Origin: Planctomycetota bacterium
GTDB lineage: Bacteria > Planctomycetota > PLA2 > JAEUHO01
Direction of reading: 5' to 3'
Length of the DNA stretch: 64,000 nucleotides
NCBI GenBank assembly: GCA_030065025.1
Contig: JASJDY010000015.1
Coordinates: 2,281 to 66,280 of the forward strand
A program made the position numbers and the translations under genes. The notes under the pieces were generated by a model, which was not told the DNA's origin, did not search any database, and worked only from the letters and a program-made list of their open reading frames with translations. This document shows, one piece after another, positions 38,786-48,471 of the stretch (position 1 is its first letter; each line of letters starts with the position of its first letter).

Positions 38786-39727
38786 GTGAGCTCGACCACC
38801 TCTCGGACACTGGTCTACGACGGCGACTGCTCCATGTGTCGCCGGCTGAGTGCTCTCGCGGAGCGCCGGTGGCTCGTCGGGAGCGCTCGCAGGCTGCCGC
38901 ATGACGCCTTCGAAGGCGAGGAGGCCGAGCGGCTGGAGGCTGCGGACATCCGCAACGAGCTGGCTGTGATCGACGAGTCGAGCGGCGAGATCCGCTCGGG
39001 CTACGACGGGATCCTGTGGCTGCTCGAGGGCGGCCTGCTGCGCTGGCTCGTTCCGCTGTTGCGCTTCCCGCCGGTGCGCTGGCTGCTGCGTCACGACTAC
39101 CGCCTGGTCGCGTACAACCGACGCATCCTGGCGCCGCCGCGTCGGAACGTGGCCTGCGCCTGCGATCCGGATCTCCATCGCGGCTACCGCTGGGCGTTCA
39201 TCGTGGCCGCCCTGCTGTGGACCGGGATCTTCGGCGCGATTGCGGGTCTCGGGCTATGGACCGATCAGGAGCTCTACGGGCAGAGGCCCGTGCCGCTGGG
39301 CGGCGTTCACGGCACAGCGTGGACCGGCGTCTTCCTGCTCGTGGGCTGGGCCGCGACGGCCTTGCTCGCCTTGCGCCTCCCGGCGCCCCGCGGTCTCGAC
39401 TATCTCGGCCACATGGCGTGGACGTATGCGGCCATGGTGTTGCCGCTGATCCTGGCGGTGTTCCTGGTGCTGCTCGGGTTCCTGCTCGCGGTCGCGGGCC
39501 TGCTGCCGTTCGACGCGACGCCGTTCTTCTCGAACCCATCCGTGCCCGCCCGCATCGCCGTGGTGGCGTGGGGCCTCGCCCTGCCGATCGCGATCGGCTC
39601 CTGCCTGTGGCGCCTGCCACGGGTGGGGCTCGCGAAACACACGGCCCTGATCGTCGCTCTTGTTTCCTGGTTGCTCCCTACCGCGCTTCTCCTCGGATTG
39701 CTCCCCACCCCCATCCATGTGGCCTGA
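38786..39727 (+). CDS. DCC-family (DUF393) thiol-disulfide oxidoreductase-like domain fused to a polytopic membrane domain.
   Basis: The N-terminal VYDGDCSMCRR motif is typical of DCC/DUF393. About 5-6 TM helices follow. Confidence 0.6.
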   Translation: MSSTTSRTLVYDGDCSMCRRLSALAERRWLVGSARRLPHDAFEGEEAERLEAADIRNELAVIDESSGEIRSGYDGILWLLEGGLLRWLVPLLRFPPVRWLLRHDYRLVAYNRRILAPPRRNVACACDPDLHRGYRWAFIVAALLWTGIFGAIAGLGLWTDQELYGQRPVPLGGVHGTAWTGVFLLVGWAATALLALRLPAPRGLDYLGHMAWTYAAMVLPLILAVFLVLLGFLLAVAGLLPFDATPFFSNPSVPARIAVVAWGLALPIAIGSCLWRLPRVGLAKHTALIVALVSWLLPTALLLGLLPTPIHVA

Positions 39728-40637
39728 GATACACTCCAACCGTCGTTCGGCCCGCCGCGGGCAATCGACGAGGGGAAGTGCGAACGCTCGAGAGGGTCGT
39801 TTGCGCATCGCGCCGGGATCCAGCTTCCGCCATCTCGAAATCGGTCCTGAGATCGGTCGGGGCGCCTTTGCGACCGTGTACCTCGCGACCGACACGCTCA
39901 TGGAGCGCACCGTCGCGCTGAAGATGCACCGCATGGTGCCGTCCATCTCGAGCGAGATGGAGCGCAAGCTCGCGCTCCGTGAGGCGCGTCTCGTCGGACG
40001 CCTTTCGAGCCCCCACGTGGTCACGCTCTACCAGGTGCACGATCTCGGCGAGGCCGGCTGGCTCATGGAGATGGAGTACGTCGACGGCCAGTCCCTCGAG
40101 CAGCTCCTCGCCGAACGCGAGCGGCTGACGGTCGGCGAGACGCTGCGCATCCTGCGTGGGGTCCTGACCGGGCTGCACGTCGCGCACGAGCACAACATCG
40201 TGCACCGCGACGTGAAGCCGGGGAACGTGCTGCTGGGAAGCGGCGACGGCGCCATCAAGCTCACGGACTTCGGGCTCAGCTGCACGGTCGGCGACCTGAC
40301 GCTCTCGGTCAGCAGCATCGACGGCTTCCTCGGCACCCCCCAGTACGTGGCCCCCGAGGTCATCGACGGCAAGCGTCCGACGCGCGCGTCCGACATCTGG
40401 AGCACGGGTGTGCTCGCCTACCGCATGCTGTGCGGCCGGCTTCCGTTCCCGGCGCAGACGCTCCCCGACCTCTTCGAGGAGATCCGCGTCGGCGAGCCGT
40501 CGTGCATGATGAAGGAGCAGGTACCGGACGGCCTGAAGATGCTCGTCCGCGACTGCCTGCAGAAGGACCCCGCCTCACGGCCGCTCTCCCCGTCGCGGCT
40601 GCTCGCCCGCCTCGAGGACGTAGCGCGGGCCTTCTGA
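39660..40637 (+). CDS. Ser/Thr protein kinase (Hanks-type, kinase domain only).
   Basis: It has a Gly-rich loop (GRGAFATVY), VALK, the catalytic loop HRDVKPGNVLL, DFG, and APE (VAPEV). The start is uncertain: the ORF overlaps the upstream gene by 68 nt, and a TTG at about 39799 is an alternative start. Confidence 0.7.
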   Translation: MFPGCSLPRFSSDCSPPPSMWPEIHSNRRSARRGQSTRGSANAREGRLRIAPGSSFRHLEIGPEIGRGAFATVYLATDTLMERTVALKMHRMVPSISSEMERKLALREARLVGRLSSPHVVTLYQVHDLGEAGWLMEMEYVDGQSLEQLLAERERLTVGETLRILRGVLTGLHVAHEHNIVHRDVKPGNVLLGSGDGAIKLTDFGLSCTVGDLTLSVSSIDGFLGTPQYVAPEVIDGKRPTRASDIWSTGVLAYRMLCGRLPFPAQTLPDLFEEIRVGEPSCMMKEQVPDGLKMLVRDCLQKDPASRPLSPSRLLARLEDVARAF

Positions 40638-40646
40638 GGTGGCCGC

Positions 40647-43600
40647 TCAGCGGCCCTCGTTCCAAGCCGTGAGGGCCCGGCAGTAGCCCTGACCCTCTGC
40701 ATAGCTCGGATGGCCTGCGCGGATGCCGCTGTCGAAGCCGACGCGCTGAAGCCACGCGTCCGCGGCCGTCATGGTCGCTGCGATCGATGACGGGTCATGG
40801 CCCGCGCCGACGTTCAGCTTCGCGCCGATGAGCGACCACGCCACGAGCATGGACATGTCCACCTGGACAGCAGTCCGCGCGGCACTGCGCCCGTAGCGAG
40901 AGGCCTGGATGAGATTGCCGTGGTCGAGAATGGCCCGCGCCTCGGCCTGTGTGTAGGTCGTGCCGCCGAGCAGGATGCTCGTGAGCGGCCAGGCAGAGGT
41001 GTTCGTCCCCCACCAGCCGCAGACGTTGCGTGCGCCACCGGCCGCTCCCAGGAAGCCGAAGTCCAGATCGAAGTTGTCGGCCGTGATGGTGGCCGAGGCG
41101 TTCGTGCCCGCTCCGGTGCTCGTCAGCCCGACGAGCGGTCCTCCCGTCTGGAAGTTCGACGGATCGATCTCCACGCGGTAGTCGCCTGCCGGAACGAAGA
41201 AGCGGTACTCACCGGCCGCGTTGGTCGTGTCTGTGCCCACGACCGCACCGGATCCGTCCCGCATCACGACCAGCACGCCCGGGATGGGTCGCTCGCCGAG
41301 CGCAGGCTCGTACACGCCGTCCCGATCGGAGTCGAGCCAGATGACGTCGCCCACGGTGTAGAGCACGAGGGCGTAGCCGAAGTCGGCATCGTCGACGTCC
41401 TGTCCACCGGCAAGCGCGACGTCGCGCGGCTCGGAGCCGCCGGTCAGCGTCAGGTCGGGCGGGAGCGTGCTCTCGCGGACGTCGAGGCGGTAGAGCCCGG
41501 GCGGCAAGCCCGTTACGTCGTAGCTGCCATCGGCCGCCGTGGTGACGCTGCCCTGCGGGTCGTCGTCGGCCGTACCGAACACGCCGTCCGGGCCGGCCTC
41601 GATCACATCGATCGTCACGCCGCCGATGCCCGGCTCGCCGGCGTCCTGAACGCCGTCCTCGTCCGTGTCGTTCCACACGCGATCGCCGATGGATCCCGTG
41701 AACTGATAGCCGACGTCCACGTCCAGGCGGTCCTCGCTCGGCGCAAGCGTGACGTCCAGTGGCTGGTTGGCGGACGTGAGCACCAGGCCTGCCGGCAGCG
41801 TGCCCACATCGACGAGCATCCGGTAGGAGCCGGCGGGCAGGCCTTCGAAGAGGTAGTCGCCGCCTGCGCCGGTCGTGCGGCTGCCGACAGCGACGTCGTC
41901 GGCGGTTCCCAGCACCGTGTCCGGCCCCGCTTCGGTCAGCAGGACGGTCACGCCAGCCAGACCGGGCTCACCCGGATCCTGCGTGCCGTCGAAGTCCACG
42001 TCCTGCCAGATGCGATCACCGATCGACCCCGCGAAGCGGTAGCCGACGTCGAGGTCGTTCCGCTGCTCGCCCGTCCCCAGCGTGACGTCGAGCGGCAACG
42101 CAGCGCTGGTGCGCTCCATGCCCAGCGGGAGCGTGCTCGGATCAACGTCCACGCGGTAGAGGCCGGGAGGCAAGTTGGTGTAGCCGTAGTCACCGTCGCC
42201 GCTCGTCACGGCGTCGGGCAGGAGCACGTCATCCGCGGTGCCCAGCGTGCCGTCGGGCCCCGCTTCGCGCAGCCGGACGGTCACGCCGTTCAGCCCCGGC
42301 TCGCCGACGTCCTGGACGCCATCTCCGTCGAGGTCGTTCCAGATGCGATCGCCGATGGCACCCGCGTACTGGAAGCCGAAGTCGGCGAGCGCAGATCCCC
42401 CGCCGGCGGCCAAGGGCACGTCGAGCGGATCGTTCGAGGTCGTCAGGATCATGCCGGCGGGTGCAGTCGACACGTCGACGTCCACGCGGTAGAGACCCGC
42501 AGGGAGTCCGGCGAACAGATACGCCCCGTCCGCGCCTGTGACCGCATCCGGGAAGGTCACATCATCGGCCGTGCCGAACGCACCGTCGGGGCCCGCCTCG
42601 AGCAGCACCACGGTGACGCCCGTGAGGCCCGGCTCGCCGGGGTCCTGCACGCCGTCCCGGTCCACATCGCGCCAGACGCGATCGCCGATGGCACCGACGC
42701 GACGGAAGCCGAAATCGGCAGTCGTGACGACCTGGCCCGGGCTCAAGGGCACGCCCAGGAGCCCGCCGCCGGTCGTCGGCACGTAGCCAGCGGGGAGGCT
42801 CGCGCCGTCCACGATGACGCAGTAGTCCGCGGGCGGCAGCCCCTCGACGGCGTAGAGCCCGCCCCCGGAGGTCGTAGCGGCGGTCTGCGGGCCATCGTCG
42901 GCGGTGCCGCACACGCCGTCCGGGCCGCGGGTACCCACGAGCACCGTGATGCCGTCGAGCCCCGGCTCGCCGGGATCCTGGACGCCGTCGCCGTCGAGGT
43001 CGTCCCACACGCGATCACCGATGCGGCCGCTGTGACGGAAGCCGAAGTCCACGGTCGTGAAGACGTCGCCTGCGTTCACGGTGACGTCCAGCGGATCGGT
43101 GGTGGTGGCCGCCATGCCCGCCGGCACGGTCCCGTCGCTGACGTCGATCCGGTAGAGGCCCGGGGGCAGACCGGTGAAGCCATAGTCACCGTCACCGGCC
43201 GTCACCTGCGCGCCGACGCTGACGTCGTCCGCCGTGCCGAGCACGCCGTCGGAGCCTGCCTCGGTCAGGTTCACGGTCGCGCCGTTGATCCCCGGCTCAC
43301 CCGGGTCCTGGATGCCGTCGGCGTCCAGGTCCTCCCACACGCGGTCACCGAGCGATCCCGCAAGCCAGTAGCCGAAGTCGAACGTCGTGACGTCCTCGCC
43401 GGCGGCGATCGTCACGTCACGCGGATCGGGGGTCGTACCTGCGTACCCCGCAGGCAACGACGCGTCGTTCACGTCGACGCGATAGAGCCCCGCAGCGAGG
43501 TCCGCGAACAGGTAGGCTCCGCCGGCTCCGGTCGTCGTGGAGCCGAGTGCGATGTCGTCTGCGGTGCCCAGCGTTCCGTCGGCGCCGGCGCCGGTCAGCG

Positions 43601-46600
43601 TCAGATCGACGCCGCTCAGCCCGGGCTCACCGGGGTCCTGGGTCCCATCGCCGTCGACGTCGTCCCAGACGCGATCGCCGATGGAGGCGGGAGCCCAGAA
43701 GCCGAAGTCGGCGTCGGCGAACGTCTCGCCCAGCGCGAGCGACCGATCCAGAGGATCGTTGGCGGTGCTCGAGACCAGACCCGCGGGCAGCGTTCCGTCG
43801 CTGACGTCGACGCGGTAGAGGCCCGCCGAGAGGCCGGTGAAGGCGTAGTCGCCGTCCCCCGCGGTCACCTGCGAGCCGCCGGGGACGTCGTCGGCGGTGC
43901 CGAAGGCCCCGTCCGGGCCGGCCTCGGTGAGAACCACCGTGACGCCGTTGAGTCCGGGCTCTCCGCCGTCCTGGACGCCGTCGCCGTTCGTGTCGAGCCA
44001 GACGCGGTCGCCCAGGCTCCCTCCGATCACGTAGCCGAAGTCGGCGTCGTCGTAGTCCTGACGCGGCCCGAGCACGACGTCGGCGGGCTCGTTCCCCGTC
44101 GTGAGCGAGGCGCCTGCGGGCAGGGTGCTCTCCAGCACGTCGACCCGATACAGTCCGGAAGCGAGGCCGGGGAAGTCGTACGCGCCGCTGGCCGTCGTCG
44201 TCGTCGTGAACAGGCTCACGTCGTCTGCTGTGCCCAGGACGTCGTCCGGTCCCGCCTCGGTCAGCTGCAGCTGAACGCCACCCAGGCCACTGTCGCCGGC
44301 ATCATCGACGCCATTGCCGTTCGCGTCGTTCCAGACGCGATCCCCGATCGAGGCGTCGTCCGCGGCGTAGCCGAAGTCCACGGTGGTGTCGTTCGTGCCC
44401 GTGGGCAGCGCGACGTCCAGGGGCTCGTTGCCGGACGTGAGACTGGTGAGGCCCGGAGGCAGGGTCGACGCATCGACGCTCACGCGGTAGCTGCCGGATA
44501 CGAGCCCTGGGAACGTGTAGAGACCGCCGGCGTCCGTGACCTGCGGCGGAAAACCGACATCGTCGGCGGTGCCCAGGGTGCCGTCCGGTCCGGCCTCCAC
44601 GAGAGTCAGCGTCACGCCGGGGATGCCCAGCTCCCCGCCGTCCTGGATGCCGTCCGTGTTGTCGTCGTTCCAGACGCGGTCACCGAGCGACGCGTTGCCG
44701 ACGAAACCGAAGTCCGCATCTCGCAGGGTCTGCCCCTGGCGCAGGTTGAGACGCAGCTCCGTCGTGAAGGTGGTGAGCGTCGCGCCCGTAGGCACGTCCG
44801 TCACGTCGACCGTGACGGAGTAGGAGCCGGCAGGGAGATTCCCGAACTCGTACGACCCGTCGGCCGCCGTCGTCGTCGTGCCGGCCGTCACGTCATCCGC
44901 CGTACCGAAGTAGCCGTCGGGGCCGGGCTGCGTGAGCGTCAGATCGACATTGGCTAGACCGGGCTCGCCTGCATCCACGACGCCGTCGGCGTCGACGTCC
45001 AGCCAGACGAGATCGCCGATCCGGCCGGGGTAGACGTAACCGAAGTCGCCGTCGAGATCGTTGCTCCCGGCGGTGATCGTCGCGGCGTACGGCTCGTTGG
45101 CCGTGGTCAGCGTCGCACCCGGGGGCAGCGTGGACTCGTCCACGTCGACGCAATAGGGACCGTCCGAGAGGCCGGAGAACAGATAGTAGCCCCCACCATC
45201 GGTCGTCGTGGTCGCCTGGAACACGTCGTCGGCTGTGCCGCACAGGCCATCGAGCCCGGGATCGTAGAGATCGACCTTGATCCCACGCAGCCCTGGCTCC
45301 GTCGGGCCCTGCAAGCCGTCGCTGTCGGCGTCGAAGAAGACCGTGTCGCCGAGCGTGGCGACGGCGCCGGTCTTGACGAAGTCGAGGCCATTCACGGTGT
45401 TGCCGAAGCCCGTCACGCTCACGGGCTGGACGTTGGCCTGGGTGAGAACGAAGTCGGCGGGCAGGGTCGACGTGTCGAGCGTGATCACGTAGTCGCCGGT
45501 GGAGGCCACACCGAAGCAGTAGTCGCCCGAGGCGTCGGTCACGGTGCTGACCAGGGCCGGGTCGAGATCGGCGTCGAGCACGTCGTTGTCGTCGAGGTCG
45601 CGCCAGAGCACGACCGTGACACCGCTGACGCCCAGCTCGCCCGGATCCTGGATGCCGTTGCCGTTGTCATCGCACCAGACGCGGCCACAGAACTCGTTCA
45701 GATCGGCGGTCAGGAATGCCATGGACTCGAAGTCGCTTCCGCCGACCGTCAGGCTGCGACGATCGAACGCCTCGCCGGTGACGCGGTTGATCGAGAAGAC
45801 GGCATTGTTGTTGCTCGAGCCGTCGGCCGCGGTGTTGCTGCCGCTACCCGTGACGCCCCACATGGTGGCGTCGTTGTAGAAGGCGAAGCCCTCCATGTCG
45901 TTGACGCCGAGCGCCCCGACGTCGGATGCGACGCCGGTAGCCTTGTCGATGCGCACGAGGCGATCGGCGAGCCCACCGCCGTTCGCGATGCCGTAGAGTT
46001 GTCCGTCGTAGGGATCGATGGCGATGTCGTCGATGTCGAGGTTGCCCGGCTCGACAGGCGGCACGCGGAAGTAGTCGTACGAGCTGCCGCCGATGGAGAA
46101 GGCGCCACGCACGATATGGCCCGTCCCGGTGTCGAAGATGAACAGCGCGTCTGCGCCACCGATGCGGGCCACACCGTAGGCGACACCGGTGTTCGGATCG
46201 AAGGCCACGCTGTCGATGTCGCTGAAGCTGTTCGGCGCGAGCGACTCCGGCGCCCTGCTCGCAGAGAGCCCGACCAAGTTGGCCGTGTTGCCGTCGTTCC
46301 ACACGTCCGTCGTGACGCTCTGCGTCCACACGCCGGTCGTCAGACTGATGGTGCCCAAGCGGTCGTTGTTGAAGGCATACAGTGTGTCGCTGCCGGGCCA
46401 GAACGCCGAGCCCTCGATGTTGTTCGTTCCTGTCCCAGCACCGATCGCGGTCTGCGCGTTCTGCGGAACGGGGAGGGTGATGTCGACGCTGAACAGGCGG
46501 TCGTTGCCTCCCCCGCCCCCGCCGGCGTCGGCAATGACGTACCAGACCGGTGTGCTCAGGGCAGAGGGACCGCCGGCACCGGGCGCCTCGACGGGGAGCC

Positions 46601-46724
46601 TCGACTCGCTTGCGCCCCCACAGCCGCCTACGGCGAGCATGACGGCGAACAGAAGGCCAGCAAGGGTAGTGAGACGCACGGAGGTCCTCCCTGGCCCGAG
46701 CGTTCGGGGCGCAGGGGTGCCCAT
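40647..46724 (-). CDS. Giant surface lipoprotein/adhesin (about 2025 aa): an N-terminal beta-propeller-like region, about 20 tandem SdrD/Cna-B-type repeats, and a C-terminal domain of unknown function.
   Basis: It has a signal peptide with a lipobox (LLFAVMLAVGGC). Units of about 95 aa recur (GDRVW.D.[DN].DG.QD.GE.G..GVTV.L...G.DG..GTADD). The ORF-track N-terminal extension overlaps the divergent porin gene and was rejected. Confidence 0.7.
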   Translation of the reverse strand: MGTPAPRTLGPGRTSVRLTTLAGLLFAVMLAVGGCGGASESRLPVEAPGAGGPSALSTPVWYVIADAGGGGGGNDRLFSVDITLPVPQNAQTAIGAGTGTNNIEGSAFWPGSDTLYAFNNDRLGTISLTTGVWTQSVTTDVWNDGNTANLVGLSASRAPESLAPNSFSDIDSVAFDPNTGVAYGVARIGGADALFIFDTGTGHIVRGAFSIGGSSYDYFRVPPVEPGNLDIDDIAIDPYDGQLYGIANGGGLADRLVRIDKATGVASDVGALGVNDMEGFAFYNDATMWGVTGSGSNTAADGSSNNNAVFSINRVTGEAFDRRSLTVGGSDFESMAFLTADLNEFCGRVWCDDNGNGIQDPGELGVSGVTVVLWRDLDDNDVLDADLDPALVSTVTDASGDYCFGVASTGDYVITLDTSTLPADFVLTQANVQPVSVTGFGNTVNGLDFVKTGAVATLGDTVFFDADSDGLQGPTEPGLRGIKVDLYDPGLDGLCGTADDVFQATTTTDGGGYYLFSGLSDGPYCVDVDESTLPPGATLTTANEPYAATITAGSNDLDGDFGYVYPGRIGDLVWLDVDADGVVDAGEPGLANVDLTLTQPGPDGYFGTADDVTAGTTTTAADGSYEFGNLPAGSYSVTVDVTDVPTGATLTTFTTELRLNLRQGQTLRDADFGFVGNASLGDRVWNDDNTDGIQDGGELGIPGVTLTLVEAGPDGTLGTADDVGFPPQVTDAGGLYTFPGLVSGSYRVSVDASTLPPGLTSLTSGNEPLDVALPTGTNDTTVDFGYAADDASIGDRVWNDANGNGVDDAGDSGLGGVQLQLTEAGPDDVLGTADDVSLFTTTTTASGAYDFPGLASGLYRVDVLESTLPAGASLTTGNEPADVVLGPRQDYDDADFGYVIGGSLGDRVWLDTNGDGVQDGGEPGLNGVTVVLTEAGPDGAFGTADDVPGGSQVTAGDGDYAFTGLSAGLYRVDVSDGTLPAGLVSSTANDPLDRSLALGETFADADFGFWAPASIGDRVWDDVDGDGTQDPGEPGLSGVDLTLTGAGADGTLGTADDIALGSTTTGAGGAYLFADLAAGLYRVDVNDASLPAGYAGTTPDPRDVTIAAGEDVTTFDFGYWLAGSLGDRVWEDLDADGIQDPGEPGINGATVNLTEAGSDGVLGTADDVSVGAQVTAGDGDYGFTGLPPGLYRIDVSDGTVPAGMAATTTDPLDVTVNAGDVFTTVDFGFRHSGRIGDRVWDDLDGDGVQDPGEPGLDGITVLVGTRGPDGVCGTADDGPQTAATTSGGGLYAVEGLPPADYCVIVDGASLPAGYVPTTGGGLLGVPLSPGQVVTTADFGFRRVGAIGDRVWRDVDRDGVQDPGEPGLTGVTVVLLEAGPDGAFGTADDVTFPDAVTGADGAYLFAGLPAGLYRVDVDVSTAPAGMILTTSNDPLDVPLAAGGGSALADFGFQYAGAIGDRIWNDLDGDGVQDVGEPGLNGVTVRLREAGPDGTLGTADDVLLPDAVTSGDGDYGYTNLPPGLYRVDVDPSTLPLGMERTSAALPLDVTLGTGEQRNDLDVGYRFAGSIGDRIWQDVDFDGTQDPGEPGLAGVTVLLTEAGPDTVLGTADDVAVGSRTTGAGGDYLFEGLPAGSYRMLVDVGTLPAGLVLTSANQPLDVTLAPSEDRLDVDVGYQFTGSIGDRVWNDTDEDGVQDAGEPGIGGVTIDVIEAGPDGVFGTADDDPQGSVTTAADGSYDVTGLPPGLYRLDVRESTLPPDLTLTGGSEPRDVALAGGQDVDDADFGYALVLYTVGDVIWLDSDRDGVYEPALGERPIPGVLVVMRDGSGAVVGTDTTNAAGEYRFFVPAGDYRVEIDPSNFQTGGPLVGLTSTGAGTNASATITADNFDLDFGFLGAAGGARNVCGWWGTNTSAWPLTSILLGGTTYTQAEARAILDHGNLIQASRYGRSAARTAVQVDMSMLVAWSLIGAKLNVGAGHDPSSIAATMTAADAWLQRVGFDSGIRAGHPSYAEGQGYCRALTAWNEGR

Positions 46725-46887
46725 GCGAGGCCCAGCCGGTGCGTACGTATCGGCGGATCCGGGCGGCATCTGCACCGCCAACCGGCATTCGCTTGCCGGA
46801 TTGCCCTCGGTTCTCCGATTCGGCCGTTTCTGCACGCTCAAGCGGCCGAGGGACCCACCGATCCACACGAACAGGAGGCAGATCCCC

Positions 46888-48441
46888 ATGCGCATCGCAG
46901 CTGCAGCCCTCGCGTTGGTGCTCGCCGCCCCCGTCGCGGCCCAGGGCCAGGAGAAGACGCTGCCGCCTCCGCAGGTGATCCGGCGGGGAGCGCCGGTGCC
47001 TGCCGCGCCCGTCACCACGCCGCCCGCCCCGCTGGCTGCGCCCCGCGAGGCCGCGCCACCGACGCCGCCTCTCCCCCCGGCGCCACTGCCTCCCCAGCCG
47101 CCTGCCCTGCCGGCAACCCAGCCGCCCGAGCTACCGCCGGCCGTGCCCGCGCCGCCCATGTGGGGTGGTGCCGGAGCGGCACCGTCCGCGCCGCGCAGCG
47201 TGCTGGATACCGACACGCGCATCCTGATTCCTGCCGAGGACGTGGCCGGCACAGCAGGCTATGACGACGGCTTCCTGATCCGCGGCTCGGGCTTCAGCCT
47301 GCGTATCAACCTGCTCCTCCAGGCGCGCTTCGAAGCGTTCGAGTGGAACGACGAGGCTCCGACGCCCGGCGGCAACCGCTCCGGGTTCTCGGTACCGCGC
47401 GCGGGCGTTCGCTTCTCCGGCACGGCACCGTGCAGCATGAACTACCTGCTCGAGCTCGAGTTCGGCAACGAGGGAGGTCCGCTCGCGTACGACGACCTGG
47501 ACGACTGCATCGGGTGCACGAACAACAACCTCGGCCCCGACTCCCAGTCGCGTGAGTACGACCCGCTGCGTGAAGCATGGATCGAGTATGCGCCGAGCCG
47601 CGCTCTGCGCGCGCGCGTCGGCCTGCTTCGTACACCGGCCACGAGGCAGCTCATGACGCGGCCCGAGCTCCAGCAATTCGTGGACATCTCGCTCGCCTCG
47701 GCGTGGACGGGTCTCGGCATGCCGGGCTACACGGACCGCAACCGCGACTTCGGCCTGATGCTCCACGGTCAGGTGGGATCCAGTGATCAGGTCGGCTGGA
47801 TCTTCACCGTCACGAACGGGGATGGCGGCGACGGCATCCGCAACGTGCTCGACCGCCGCTCCTCGGACAACCTGGCGTTCGGCGCGCGCGTCAACTGGGC
47901 GTTCGAGCAGCCGCTGGGCTACCAGGAGGGCGCGCTGCGCCAGATGACGAATCGCTGGTACGGCGAGGTCGGCGCCTGGGTCTTCTACTACGCCGACCGC
48001 ACCGATCGGCCGCATGTCACGGAGGGTGACTACCTGCGCGGCGGTATCGACTTGGCACTCGGGTACGGACCGTGGTCGTTCACGGGCGCACTCACCTGGA
48101 CGGATGATCAGGACGTCGGTGGAACGAGCGACGACACGAGCACGGCGTGGCTCGCGCAAGTTGGCCACCACTTCGTGGGGACGGCTTTCGAGGTTGCTGC
48201 CCGGTGGAGCGGATACGACACCGAAGGGGACCTGACCGGCGACGGCAAGGCCCAGGAGGTGGGCGCCGCCATCAACTACTACCTGAACGGCCACGGGAAC
48301 AAGGTGCAGGTGGACGTCGCGTACATCGACACGGACAGCGGCGGCTTCCTGATCCTCGACCCGTATCCCGCCTACCCGGCGTTTCTCGGGAACGGCGACT
48401 CGGGCTGGCTGTTCCGCGTCCAGTGGCAGCTCGCCCTGTAG
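46888..48441 (+). CDS. Phosphate-selective porin O/P (OprO/OprP)-like outer-membrane beta-barrel with a Pro-rich N-terminal linker.
   Basis: It has a signal peptide (MRIAAAALALVLAAPVAAQG) with an AGGAGG RBS 8 nt upstream. A Pro/Ala-rich linker follows, then alternating beta-strand sequence that ends in an aromatic residue pattern (FRVQWQLAL). Confidence 0.65.
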   Translation: MRIAAAALALVLAAPVAAQGQEKTLPPPQVIRRGAPVPAAPVTTPPAPLAAPREAAPPTPPLPPAPLPPQPPALPATQPPELPPAVPAPPMWGGAGAAPSAPRSVLDTDTRILIPAEDVAGTAGYDDGFLIRGSGFSLRINLLLQARFEAFEWNDEAPTPGGNRSGFSVPRAGVRFSGTAPCSMNYLLELEFGNEGGPLAYDDLDDCIGCTNNNLGPDSQSREYDPLREAWIEYAPSRALRARVGLLRTPATRQLMTRPELQQFVDISLASAWTGLGMPGYTDRNRDFGLMLHGQVGSSDQVGWIFTVTNGDGGDGIRNVLDRRSSDNLAFGARVNWAFEQPLGYQEGALRQMTNRWYGEVGAWVFYYADRTDRPHVTEGDYLRGGIDLALGYGPWSFTGALTWTDDQDVGGTSDDTSTAWLAQVGHHFVGTAFEVAARWSGYDTEGDLTGDGKAQEVGAAINYYLNGHGNKVQVDVAYIDTDSGGFLILDPYPAYPAFLGNGDSGWLFRVQWQLAL

Positions 48442-48471
48442 CGGTCACGGCGAAGCCGGTAGCATCGGCGC

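Noticed and set aside
46189-46887. ORF-track N-terminal extension of the porin gene (233 codons upstream of MRIAAAAL), and the N-terminal 176-codon extension of the adhesin ORF (46725-47252).
   Set aside because: The two extensions overlap each other on opposite strands and are low-complexity. Good signal peptides and an AGGAGG RBS support the internal starts at 46888 (plus strand) and 46724 (minus strand).
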